From Thermodesulfobacteriota bacterium (GTDB lineage Bacteria > Desulfobacterota_D > UBA1144 > Nemesobacterales > JAJCZQ01): a stretch of DNA of 64,000 bases. The notes below the pieces were generated by a model. It did not search any database. It was not told the origin of the DNA and worked only from the letters and a program-made list of their open reading frames with translations. The position numbers and the translations under genes were made by a program. Shown here piece by piece: positions 20,974 to 29,217 of the stretch; position 1 is the first letter of the stretch, and the number at the start of each line of letters is the position of its first letter. The stretch lies in NCBI GenBank assembly GCA_965215275.1, contig OZ244044.1, positions 160,001-224,000 of the forward strand. Reading direction: 5' to 3'.

Positions 20974-23900
20974 ATGGTAATAGCTGCAAAAGGGCAGAGC
21001 AGCCTGGAAGAAACATTATCTGAATGCAGAGGTATGAGTGCAGACACGGAAGATCCGTTATACGGATGTCAGTGGCATCTGAAAAATACAGGACAGTTTA
21101 GTATTTCCGGAAATAGAATAACTGCAGGAGAAGATATAAACATAGAGGGAGTGTGGAACGAATACGTATACGGTACCGGAATTAACGTAGCAGTTGTAAG
21201 TGACGGTATCGACCTTTCACATGAGGACCTTTCTGCAAACGTACGTTCCGAACTGAACTATAGTTTTTCTGAGAAAGATAATTCTGACAGTTCATCCTTT
21301 ACCGGAACACGAGCAGCAGGTGTTATTGCAGCGGCTGGATATAACGGACTGGGAGTAAGAGGAACAGCACCTGGTGCGAGTATATACAGTTACAGGTTAT
21401 CCGGTGATCTCAGGGAAGCGGACGCGGTGGTCCGTAATAAAGAAATAACAGCAGTATCGGTTAACGGCCTGGGATCTGAGGACGGAGCTTTTTTTCAGGA
21501 GGCTTTATCTTCCTGGGAAGAAGGAGTGGAACTTGGTATAAGTAAAGGGTTTTATGGTAAAGGAGTGTTTTACGTCCGGGGAGCAGGGGACGGGCATGAG
21601 AATAACGATCAGGCTAATTTTTCTGAATATTCTAATTACTACGGCGTAACAGCCGTGTGTTCAACTGACGGTTATGGAAAAAAGAGTATTTTTTCAGAAG
21701 AGGGAGTAAATCTCTGGGTATGTGCACCTGGTTCTGATATTGTAACCACAGATAACAACAACGATTACGTTGTAACTTCCGGAACATTTCTATCAGCTTC
21801 ACAGGTCGGAGGAGTGGCTGCACTGCTGAGAGAGATAAACGGGAATCTGAGCTGGAGGGATATAAAGCTTATACTTGCGGGTTCAGCACGTCAGAACGAT
21901 TTTTCTGATATTAGCTGGGAGACAGGAGCTGTTAAATACGGCTCTGACACGGAAAGATATAATTATAATCCTAAGTATGGTTTTGGCGTGGTAGACGCAG
22001 AAGCAGCTGCAGAACTTGCAGGAAGCTGGAAAGGCGTTGGAGAGATGAGGACCGTTACCGCCTTTTCAGATAATGAAATAACAATTCCTGATGGAGAAGG
22101 AGAAGCGGATGGAATACTTACCTCCACACTTATGATCCCGGACCTGGAGGAAATATTTACGGAATTCGTGGAGGTAGAACTTGTTTTCTCTCATGACCGC
22201 TTACAGGACCTTAATATACAGATAACCTCTCCTTCCGGGACAGTATCTGAACTTGTGCGGGAGGTTGTAAGGGGATCTTCGAATGAAGAAGAAAACTGCG
22301 TCAGTTACCTGAGAAGAACACATCGTTTCGGGTCGGCTAAGCACCTCGGAGAAGACCCTTCCGGAGAATGGATCCTTAATATATCTGATACTGCTTCCGG
22401 AGATGCAGAAAACACTGTTACCTTACACTCATGGAGCATTAAGGTATACGGGCATTTTTATCAGGGAACTGGCAATGAGATAAATCCTAAACATCACAGA
22501 CTGAATTTTGGCGGTCAGACAATTCAGGATCAGGAGTATCAAGTAGAAGTTCAGATAGCACCATTAGTGCTGCCTAGGGCAACTGGAGATACTGGAATAC
22601 AATATAATTTGACTGATGATCCAAACACAGATGGATTTGCCACTAATGTACCAATTGATGGATTGAGTTTTAACCGTGGAACCAGAACTCTAAGTGGCAC
22701 ACCCACTAATACTGGGTCTTTTGATCTCATATACAGCGCTGTTGGTAGAACAGACGGTACTGCTGCTCAACTTGAGTTCAACGTTACGGTGGTAAACGTC
22801 CCTACCTTCGGAGGTCAGACCATACCAGATCATACGTATGCAAGACTTCAGACAATAAGAAATCCGTTAACTTTTCCTAAAGCAACGGGAGGGAATGCTC
22901 CCTTGACTTACAGTATAACTCCTAAGGTACAGACTGGACTTGCTTTCAGCAGTTCCACTCGGAGGATAACCGGGTCACCTGGGACTGTAAGGAGCAGAAC
23001 TGAGCATACGTATACGGTAACGGACAATGAGGGAGATACGGCTGAGATAACGTTCGGTATAACCGTAGAAGGAAATGACAGGAGGCCGCGTTTCAGAGCA
23101 GGTGAGAATATCTCTGATAAGTTTTATTTTACAGGTGTTCCGATAACGCCGGTAACGCTGCCCAGGGCAACTAACGGGAACAGTCCGATAAAATACAGTT
23201 TAAATCCTTCTTTACCAACTGGATTGAGCTTTAACGCAAATACCCGGGAGATAAGCGGGACACCGACTGCTGCAAGCAGTAACACAGAGTATACATACAG
23301 AGCATCAGACCTTGATGGAGACAGGCGTGATCTGAAGTTCAGTATCACGGTAAGGGATGCAACTGACGTACCGACCTTCGGCAGTGAGACGATAGATGAT
23401 CAGGAGCATACAGCAGGGAGTCAGATAACACCAGTAACGCTGCCTGAGGCAACATCAGGAGATGCTCCGTTAATATACCGTTTAACCCCTGCCTTGCCTG
23501 ATGGATTGATCTATAACAATATCACCGGAGTTATAAGCGGAACACCGACTGCTGCAATGTCTGAGACTATGTATACATATACAGTAACGGATAATGATGG
23601 AGATACGGATGAGCTGACGTTTAATATTGAGGTAGCAGCAAGCTTCAGCAACGTAACGATAGAAGATAAGGTGTATATAGCAGGTACAGCAGTAACGGAA
23701 ATGCTGCCTGAGGCAACTGGACATAATGGAACGGTAACCTACAGTTTAACCCCATCATTACCAACTGGACTGGACTTTAACACAGCTACCCGGGAGATAA
23801 GTGGAACACCTTCTGCTGCATCGTCTCAGACTGCTTATACATATACCGTTACTACTGGTGCAGGAGGACCTGCACGAACTTTGACGTTCAGGATAACAGT

Positions 23901-24366
23901 AGAAGAAGACAGCATGCCGGACTTCAGCGGTACAGCAATACCTGATCGGGTGTACACGGGGAGAGCAATAACGCTGCCGGAGGCAACGGGAGGGAATCCA
24001 CCAGTTACTTACAGTATAACACCTGATCTGCCAGCTGGATTGAGATTTAACGAAGTAACGCGGGAAATAAGTGGGACACCCAGGAGTGCATCAACAAGAA
24101 CTTACACGTATACGGTAACGGACAGCAATGGAGATACGGATGATGCGACTTTCATGCTCAGTGTAGAGGTTACTTCTACTCCAGGACCAACACCACCACG
24201 AGGACCAAGAACGTCAGGTACTGATTCAGGCGGAGGTGGAGGAGGATGTGCCGTCTCAGATCAGATCAGCGTTGTTTATGATATTCTCGGAGCAGTGGCA
24301 TGTCTGATACTTATACCTGTATCAGTAGTTATCAGAAGGAAGAGAAGAGCTCAGATAAAGACGTAG
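20974..24366 (+). CDS. Surface-anchored kexin/furin-like S8 protein (catalytically degenerate) with P-domain, six Ig-like repeats and C-terminal Gly-Cys-TM-basic anchor; true N-terminus lies upstream across the poly-C frameshifts
   Basis: DPLYGCQWHL, GINVAVV, NLSWRDIKLILA, YGFGVVDA, P-domain (ITSPSGT, GEDPSGEWILNISD), repeated LPEATG..YSLTP.LP.GL.FN..TREISGTP, GGGGGGCAVS..LIPVSVVIRRKRR. Confidence 0.85.
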   Translation: MVIAAKGQSSLEETLSECRGMSADTEDPLYGCQWHLKNTGQFSISGNRITAGEDINIEGVWNEYVYGTGINVAVVSDGIDLSHEDLSANVRSELNYSFSEKDNSDSSSFTGTRAAGVIAAAGYNGLGVRGTAPGASIYSYRLSGDLREADAVVRNKEITAVSVNGLGSEDGAFFQEALSSWEEGVELGISKGFYGKGVFYVRGAGDGHENNDQANFSEYSNYYGVTAVCSTDGYGKKSIFSEEGVNLWVCAPGSDIVTTDNNNDYVVTSGTFLSASQVGGVAALLREINGNLSWRDIKLILAGSARQNDFSDISWETGAVKYGSDTERYNYNPKYGFGVVDAEAAAELAGSWKGVGEMRTVTAFSDNEITIPDGEGEADGILTSTLMIPDLEEIFTEFVEVELVFSHDRLQDLNIQITSPSGTVSELVREVVRGSSNEEENCVSYLRRTHRFGSAKHLGEDPSGEWILNISDTASGDAENTVTLHSWSIKVYGHFYQGTGNEINPKHHRLNFGGQTIQDQEYQVEVQIAPLVLPRATGDTGIQYNLTDDPNTDGFATNVPIDGLSFNRGTRTLSGTPTNTGSFDLIYSAVGRTDGTAAQLEFNVTVVNVPTFGGQTIPDHTYARLQTIRNPLTFPKATGGNAPLTYSITPKVQTGLAFSSSTRRITGSPGTVRSRTEHTYTVTDNEGDTAEITFGITVEGNDRRPRFRAGENISDKFYFTGVPITPVTLPRATNGNSPIKYSLNPSLPTGLSFNANTREISGTPTAASSNTEYTYRASDLDGDRRDLKFSITVRDATDVPTFGSETIDDQEHTAGSQITPVTLPEATSGDAPLIYRLTPALPDGLIYNNITGVISGTPTAAMSETMYTYTVTDNDGDTDELTFNIEVAASFSNVTIEDKVYIAGTAVTEMLPEATGHNGTVTYSLTPSLPTGLDFNTATREISGTPSAASSQTAYTYTVTTGAGGPARTLTFRITVEEDSMPDFSGTAIPDRVYTGRAITLPEATGGNPPVTYSITPDLPAGLRFNEVTREISGTPRSASTRTYTYTVTDSNGDTDDATFMLSVEVTSTPGPTPPRGPRTSGTDSGGGGGGCAVSDQISVVYDILGAVACLILIPVSVVIRRKRRAQIKT
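22501..24170 (+). repeat. Six tandem ~90-aa putative Ig-like (He_PIG-like) domains
   Basis: Repeated F.G.TI.D..Y...LP.ATG....YS.TP....GL.F...TR.ISGTP...YTVTD..GDT....F.I.V; boundaries approximate. Confidence 0.8.
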
Positions 24367-24506
24367 TAATGCGGTCCTTTCCAAAACAATGAAGGAATTA
24401 AAATCTCTCAGTCAGAATAAAGGAATAATAACAAGTGAGAAACCAAGGATAATTCTATCGGTAGATGGTGATAATGATTAAAATTTAAAATCTGAATTGC
24501 TTCAAA

Positions 24507-24782
24507 TCACCTGCCACCAGCTATAGCAGGAATTATAGAAATATTGTCATTTTGATTTAGTTTGGTGTTCTTCCCATCAAGAAACCGGATGTCTTCATTG
24601 TTAACGTATAAATTTATGAATCTTCTTACGTTTCCTTCTTCATCACATATTCTATCTTTAATACCGGGACATTCTTTCTCAAGTTCCTCTATCAGTTCAT
24701 TAATATCCGAGGCAGTTACATTTATTTCGTCTCTATCTTTAGATAATTTTCTAAGTGGAGTTGGTATTCTTACAGATGGCAT
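24507..24782 (-). CDS. MoaD/ThiS/CysO-like ubiquitin-fold sulfur carrier
   Basis: VRIPTPLR, RRFINLYVNNEDIRFL, C-terminal IIPAIAGG(R). Confidence 0.88.
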   Translation of the reverse strand: MPSVRIPTPLRKLSKDRDEINVTASDINELIEELEKECPGIKDRICDEEGNVRRFINLYVNNEDIRFLDGKNTKLNQNDNISIIPAIAGGR

Positions 24783-24819
24783 GTATATTTCTCCTGTTAT
24801 AAATTCTACGTATAATTAA

Positions 24820-26055
24820 CTATTGTACTATATTTTTATACAATTCTTCAAATATTTCAATTTTAGATTCTATTATCTTTGGACTTGCTAATTTATTTAC
24901 GATGGCGTCCTGAGTTTTTAAACCGTTACCGGTTATAGAAATAACGGTTGACTCATTAACGGATAGTTTTCCCTTTTCTATAAGTTTTTTAGTAACCGCT
25001 ATAGTAACCCCACCGGCAGTTTCGGTATAAATTCCTTCTGTTTCTGCAAGCAGTTTTATTCCATCAATTATTTCTTGATCAGACACATCTTCAGCCCAAC
25101 CTCCGCTTTCTTTAATTACGGACATTGCATAAATTCCATCTGCGGGAGTACCAATTGCAAGTGATTTAGCAATGGTGTCGGGTTTTACTGGCTTAAACAT
25201 ATCCCAGTTGTTCTTAAATGCAGTGGAAATAGGTGAACATCCTGTAGCTTGAGCCCCATACATTTTTGTTCTGCCAGACTCTACAAATCCTAATAGTTCA
25301 AATTCCTTTATAGCTTTCCATATTTTGGTCAGAAGCGAACCACTTGCCATTGGCACTATAATATTGTCAGGGACTTTCCAGCCAAGCTGCTCCATTATTT
25401 CAAAGGCATAGGATTTTGAACCTTCTGAATAATAAGGTCTGATGTTTATGTTAACAAATGCCCAGTTATATTTTCCTGCAATTTCACTGCAGAGCCTGTT
25501 TACATCATCATAAGTACCTTTGATCCCTATAAGATCAGTGCCGTACACGATACTGTTAACGACTTTTGATTGTTCAAGGTCGTGGGGAATAAAAATAAAG
25601 CTCTTTAAGCCACCTGATGCAGCAAGAGAAGATACAGAATTTGCAAGATTGCCGGTAGAGGCACAGGAAACGGTATCAAACCCAAATTCTCTGGCTTTGG
25701 ATAAAGCAACTGAAACCACTCTGTCCTTAAATGACAAGGTCGGAAAACATACTGCATCATTCTTTATGTACAGATTTGAATGTCCTAGTGCCTTTGCCAG
25801 ATTATCAGCTTTTATTAGAGGGGTATAACCGACTTTTTTGCCTATTTCTGGTTCATTATCAATGGGTAAAAGTTCAGCATATCTCCAGATATTGTTCTTC
25901 CGGGATATAATATCTTCCTTTGTCAGGACTTTTTTAATCTCTTCGTAGTTGTATGATACCTCTAATGGACCAAAGCATGTTTCGCAAACATATATTGGCT
26001 TAGCAGGATATTTTTCACCGCATTCTTTACACTTTAGACCTTTAATAAAACTCAT
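24820..26055 (-). CDS. thrC: Threonine synthase (PLP-dependent)
   Basis: N-terminal CxxC..CxxC, PTLSFKDR (PLP Lys), ASTGN, TGNGLK; start set at ATG 26055. Confidence 0.85.
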   Translation of the reverse strand: MSFIKGLKCKECGEKYPAKPIYVCETCFGPLEVSYNYEEIKKVLTKEDIISRKNNIWRYAELLPIDNEPEIGKKVGYTPLIKADNLAKALGHSNLYIKNDAVCFPTLSFKDRVVSVALSKAREFGFDTVSCASTGNLANSVSSLAASGGLKSFIFIPHDLEQSKVVNSIVYGTDLIGIKGTYDDVNRLCSEIAGKYNWAFVNINIRPYYSEGSKSYAFEIMEQLGWKVPDNIIVPMASGSLLTKIWKAIKEFELLGFVESGRTKMYGAQATGCSPISTAFKNNWDMFKPVKPDTIAKSLAIGTPADGIYAMSVIKESGGWAEDVSDQEIIDGIKLLAETEGIYTETAGGVTIAVTKKLIEKGKLSVNESTVISITGNGLKTQDAIVNKLASPKIIESKIEIFEELYKNIVQ

Positions 26056-26095
26056 TTTTTCACAAGTTGAGGAGAGATAGGATTGGAAAGAAAAA

Positions 26096-26521
26096 CTACC
26101 TTTTATTAACGGTTTTGTCAAAGCTACTTGAAGGTTTTATACCGTCTTTAGTAACTGTTACTTTAATAACCTTCTCTGATATGATGATATTTTTGTTTTT
26201 TCTATACCTGCCTCCAACTACTACAGTGTCATTTTTATCAAATTCTGGTATTTCTGTAAGTTCCACATTTATGTTGTTTCCGTAATGATCGGCTAAAGTA
26301 AGGATTCCTTGCTTGTTTTCCAAATTCTTGATTTCTTCAACAAATCCCAGTACAACTACTTGTGCTCCATCGAACGCGATAGGGGATATCTGAATTCTGG
26401 CGATCGAAGTTTTGATCCCTGTTATATTAAAAACAGGTTTCGGCTGTTCTTTCTTCTGACACCCGGCAAGAACGATTAACGAGATACAAATTATAAGCAG
26501 TTTCGATATTTTAAAAGCCAT
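26096..26521 (-). CDS. Putative lipoprotein, possible OB-fold
   Basis: Signal peptide with lipobox LAGC; beta-rich body. Confidence 0.6.
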   Translation of the reverse strand: MAFKISKLLIICISLIVLAGCQKKEQPKPVFNITGIKTSIARIQISPIAFDGAQVVVLGFVEEIKNLENKQGILTLADHYGNNINVELTEIPEFDKNDTVVVGGRYRKNKNIIISEKVIKVTVTKDGIKPSSSFDKTVNKR

Positions 26522-26572
26522 TTTTTTAATAAATCAGGTAAATTCTATAAGTATATCTGAAGAGAGGAAAAA

Positions 26573-27364
26573 GTGTATATTTCAGAAGACGATAATTTAA
26601 GTATATACAGATTTAAAGTAGAAAACAGTGGTAAGAACTTTAATTACATAGTTAAATGCAATCAAACGGGAGAATGCGTTGTGATAGACCCGCTTGACCC
26701 GGTTCGATTGCTGAACTTTGTAAGAAAGAACGATATGAGAGTGTCTTATGTAATAAATACCCACGGTCACCCCGATCACGTTGAGGGAAATAATCCCATA
26801 ATTAAGGTTTTTTTGTCATCTAATATCTTAATACACGAACTTGGTATGGATTTTGTTGCACCAAGAGCGGAAGCATTAAAAGAAGGGGACGTTATAAGTT
26901 GTGGTAAACTTAAAATAGATGTTCTGCACACCCCGGGTCACTGCCCCGAACATATTTCTTTAATGATCGGCAGCAATATATTTGTAGGAGACACTATTTT
27001 TGTCTCCGGATGTGGAAACACAAAGTTCAGAGGTAATACTGATGAACTCTATGAAACTTTCTCAAGTAAGCTGATGAAACTGGAAGATGATCTTAATGTG
27101 TTCTGCGGGCATGATTATGCAAAAAATAATTTAGAATTTGCTTTAAGTATTGATCATAATAATCCTCATATAAACAGTAAATTAGAAGAAATTAAAAAAC
27201 AAAATGAGGTTTTATCTACGATCGGAGAAGAGAAAAAATATAATCCTTTCATGAGAGTTGGTGAAAAAAGTCTGGTCAGTGCCTTAAAAGAGAAATACCC
27301 TGATATGAAGACAGATGAGAGGTCCGTGTTCATTAAATTAAGAGAGCTTAGAGATAACTGGTAA
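26573..27364 (+). CDS. gloB: Hydroxyacylglutathione hydrolase-like metallo-beta-lactamase
   Basis: THGHPDH, HTPGH, GDTIF..GCG, CGHDY, STIGEEKKYNPF, LRELRDNW. Confidence 0.8.
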   Translation: MYISEDDNLSIYRFKVENSGKNFNYIVKCNQTGECVVIDPLDPVRLLNFVRKNDMRVSYVINTHGHPDHVEGNNPIIKVFLSSNILIHELGMDFVAPRAEALKEGDVISCGKLKIDVLHTPGHCPEHISLMIGSNIFVGDTIFVSGCGNTKFRGNTDELYETFSSKLMKLEDDLNVFCGHDYAKNNLEFALSIDHNNPHINSKLEEIKKQNEVLSTIGEEKKYNPFMRVGEKSLVSALKEKYPDMKTDERSVFIKLRELRDNW

Positions 27365-27427
27365 AGTGGTTCTTGTTCAGGGTAGGGCAGGGGGGGGGGC
27401 ACGTCTCAAGTGGTTTTAACTGATTTT

Positions 27428-28219
27428 TTAAAACAGACCTTTACTATAACCACCATCTATCTGAATGGTGTTCCCGGTTATGTAGCTGGCTCTTTCTGAA
27501 ACCAGAAAAGCCACCATCGAACTGAATTCTTTTGGGTCGCCGATCCTCCCGACTGGAATATCGGATTCCATACCCTTAATAACCGTTGTGAGATCCTTTT
27601 TTGTTTCTTCAGCTCTTTTTTCAGCGAGTTCCCTGATCCTATCGGTCATTATCCTTCCAGGACACAGGTTATTAACCAGTATATTAAACTTTCCATACTC
27701 ATTGGACAGGGTCTTGGCAAAACCAATTACTCCGGTTCTAGCTGTATTTGAAAGGATAAGACCCTCTATGGGCTGCTTTACGGCAATTGAAGTAATATTG
27801 ATTATCCTTCCCCATTTTTGCTTTTTCATGTATGGAAGAACCTCTTTTGTTAAATTAATAACGCTCAGGAGGTTCAGTTCCAGTGCACTCTGCCAGTCTT
27901 TTGATCTGAAGTCTTCAAAATAACCAAAAGGCGGGCCGCCCGCGTTGTTTATAACTATGTGAACCGTTTTATATTCTTTTATGGTGGACCTAACGACGTT
28001 TTTTATATCTTTGGTACTTTTTGCATCGGCTCTTAAAGATAGGACCCTGGTTTTGTATTTTTCTCTTATTTCGTCTGCTGTTTTTCTGATATCAGCTGAA
28101 TTTCTTGAAAATATAGTTAAGTTACATCCTTCGGCAGCCAATTCTTCGGCACATGCTCTGCCCAGTCCTTTGCTGGATGCTGATATTATTGCAACTTTGT
28201 CCTTTATACCTAAATTCAT
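27428..28219 (-). CDS. SDR family oxidoreductase
   Basis: SASSKGLG, NNAGGP, GNTIQIDGG. Confidence 0.88.
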   Translation of the reverse strand: MNLGIKDKVAIISASSKGLGRACAEELAAEGCNLTIFSRNSADIRKTADEIREKYKTRVLSLRADAKSTKDIKNVVRSTIKEYKTVHIVINNAGGPPFGYFEDFRSKDWQSALELNLLSVINLTKEVLPYMKKQKWGRIINITSIAVKQPIEGLILSNTARTGVIGFAKTLSNEYGKFNILVNNLCPGRIMTDRIRELAEKRAEETKKDLTTVIKGMESDIPVGRIGDPKEFSSMVAFLVSERASYITGNTIQIDGGYSKGLF

Positions 28220-28552
28220 TTAGACCTTTGAGTTTTTAGCTTTAGCAGTGTCTTTTTTTATAGAGTCAACCGTGGTTGCTGCAGCAGTAGCCGTATCTCC
28301 ATCAGGTGTTCCAGACTCTACTGTTGTGGAATCGGTCTGTTTGGGTGGAGGAGCACCGGATGAAACTTTTTTTCTCCCATAATCAGTTTCATACCAACCA
28401 GATCCCTGTAAATGGAAAGAGGATAAAGAAATGAGTTTTTTAACTTTATTCTTTTTACAAGATGGACATTTTTTTATTGGCTCATCATTGAATGCCTGCA
28501 TTTCCTCAAATACATGATCACACTGTTGACATTGATATTCATATATAGGCAT
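28220..28552 (-). CDS. FmdB family zinc-ribbon protein
   Basis: [27 protein letters not shown]; start set at ATG 28552. Confidence 0.88.
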   Translation of the reverse strand: MPIYEYQCQQCDHVFEEMQAFNDEPIKKCPSCKKNKVKKLISLSSFHLQGSGWYETDYGRKKVSSGAPPPKQTDSTTVESGTPDGDTATAAATTVDSIKKDTAKAKNSKV

Positions 28553-28866
28553 CTTACTGTGTATCTCCTGTAATGATGTAAATAGGGTAATTATAATACT
28601 TCTGATAGTTTTCTTCAAGATAACGTATCTTTTAGACCGTTTTATATGAACGTATATGTTAGTTTACATAATATCCCTTATCAGACATAAAATATTCTTA
28701 ATAAATTACATTAACAAATTAGATATAACTTGCTTTAATAACTCAATTTAATATCAGATATTACATTGAGTTATTTTTTGGATAAAATTTTTATTGAAAA
28801 AGTTGTAATAATGGATTTGCCAATGAAGAAGATTGTCAGTACGTTATTTATTAGAGGTACGGAGCA

Positions 28867-29208
28867 ATGAGCACGATATTTGATCAGATCATAAATAGAG
28901 AAATTCCCGCGGATATAGTTTACGAAGATGATCTTTGTATAGCGTTCAAGGATATAAATCCCAAGGCACCGGTCCATATACTCATAATACCCAAAAAAAA
29001 TATCGTATCTTTAGCTACAACGGACCAGGAAGACCTGAAGGTCTTAGGACACATCATGATAAAGACGGCTGAGATAGCAAGGAACGAGGGAATTGAAGAG
29101 TCCGGCTACCGTGTAGTGACAAATATCAACGCAGATGCCGGTCAGAGCGTTTTTCACCTGCATTTTCATATTTTAGGTGGAAGGAAGATGACGTGGCCTC
29201 CAGGCTAA
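28867..29208 (+). CDS. hinT: Histidine triad nucleotide-binding protein
   Basis: AFKDINPKAPVHILIIP, GQSVFHLHFHILGGR, WPPG. Confidence 0.92.
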   Translation: MSTIFDQIINREIPADIVYEDDLCIAFKDINPKAPVHILIIPKKNIVSLATTDQEDLKVLGHIMIKTAEIARNEGIEESGYRVVTNINADAGQSVFHLHFHILGGRKMTWPPG

Positions 29209-29217
29209 ACGTCTTTT

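Noticed and set aside
22501..24170. CRISPR array or DGR template/variable repeat
   Set aside because: Repeats are in-frame, divergent protein domains; no repeat-spacer pattern, no adenine-specific variation noticed and no reverse transcriptase in the window
28585..28677. GGnnATTAT-like motifs facing each other upstream of the FmdB-family gene
   Set aside because: Similarity does not extend beyond about 9 nt in very AT-rich promoter DNA; no TSD recognised
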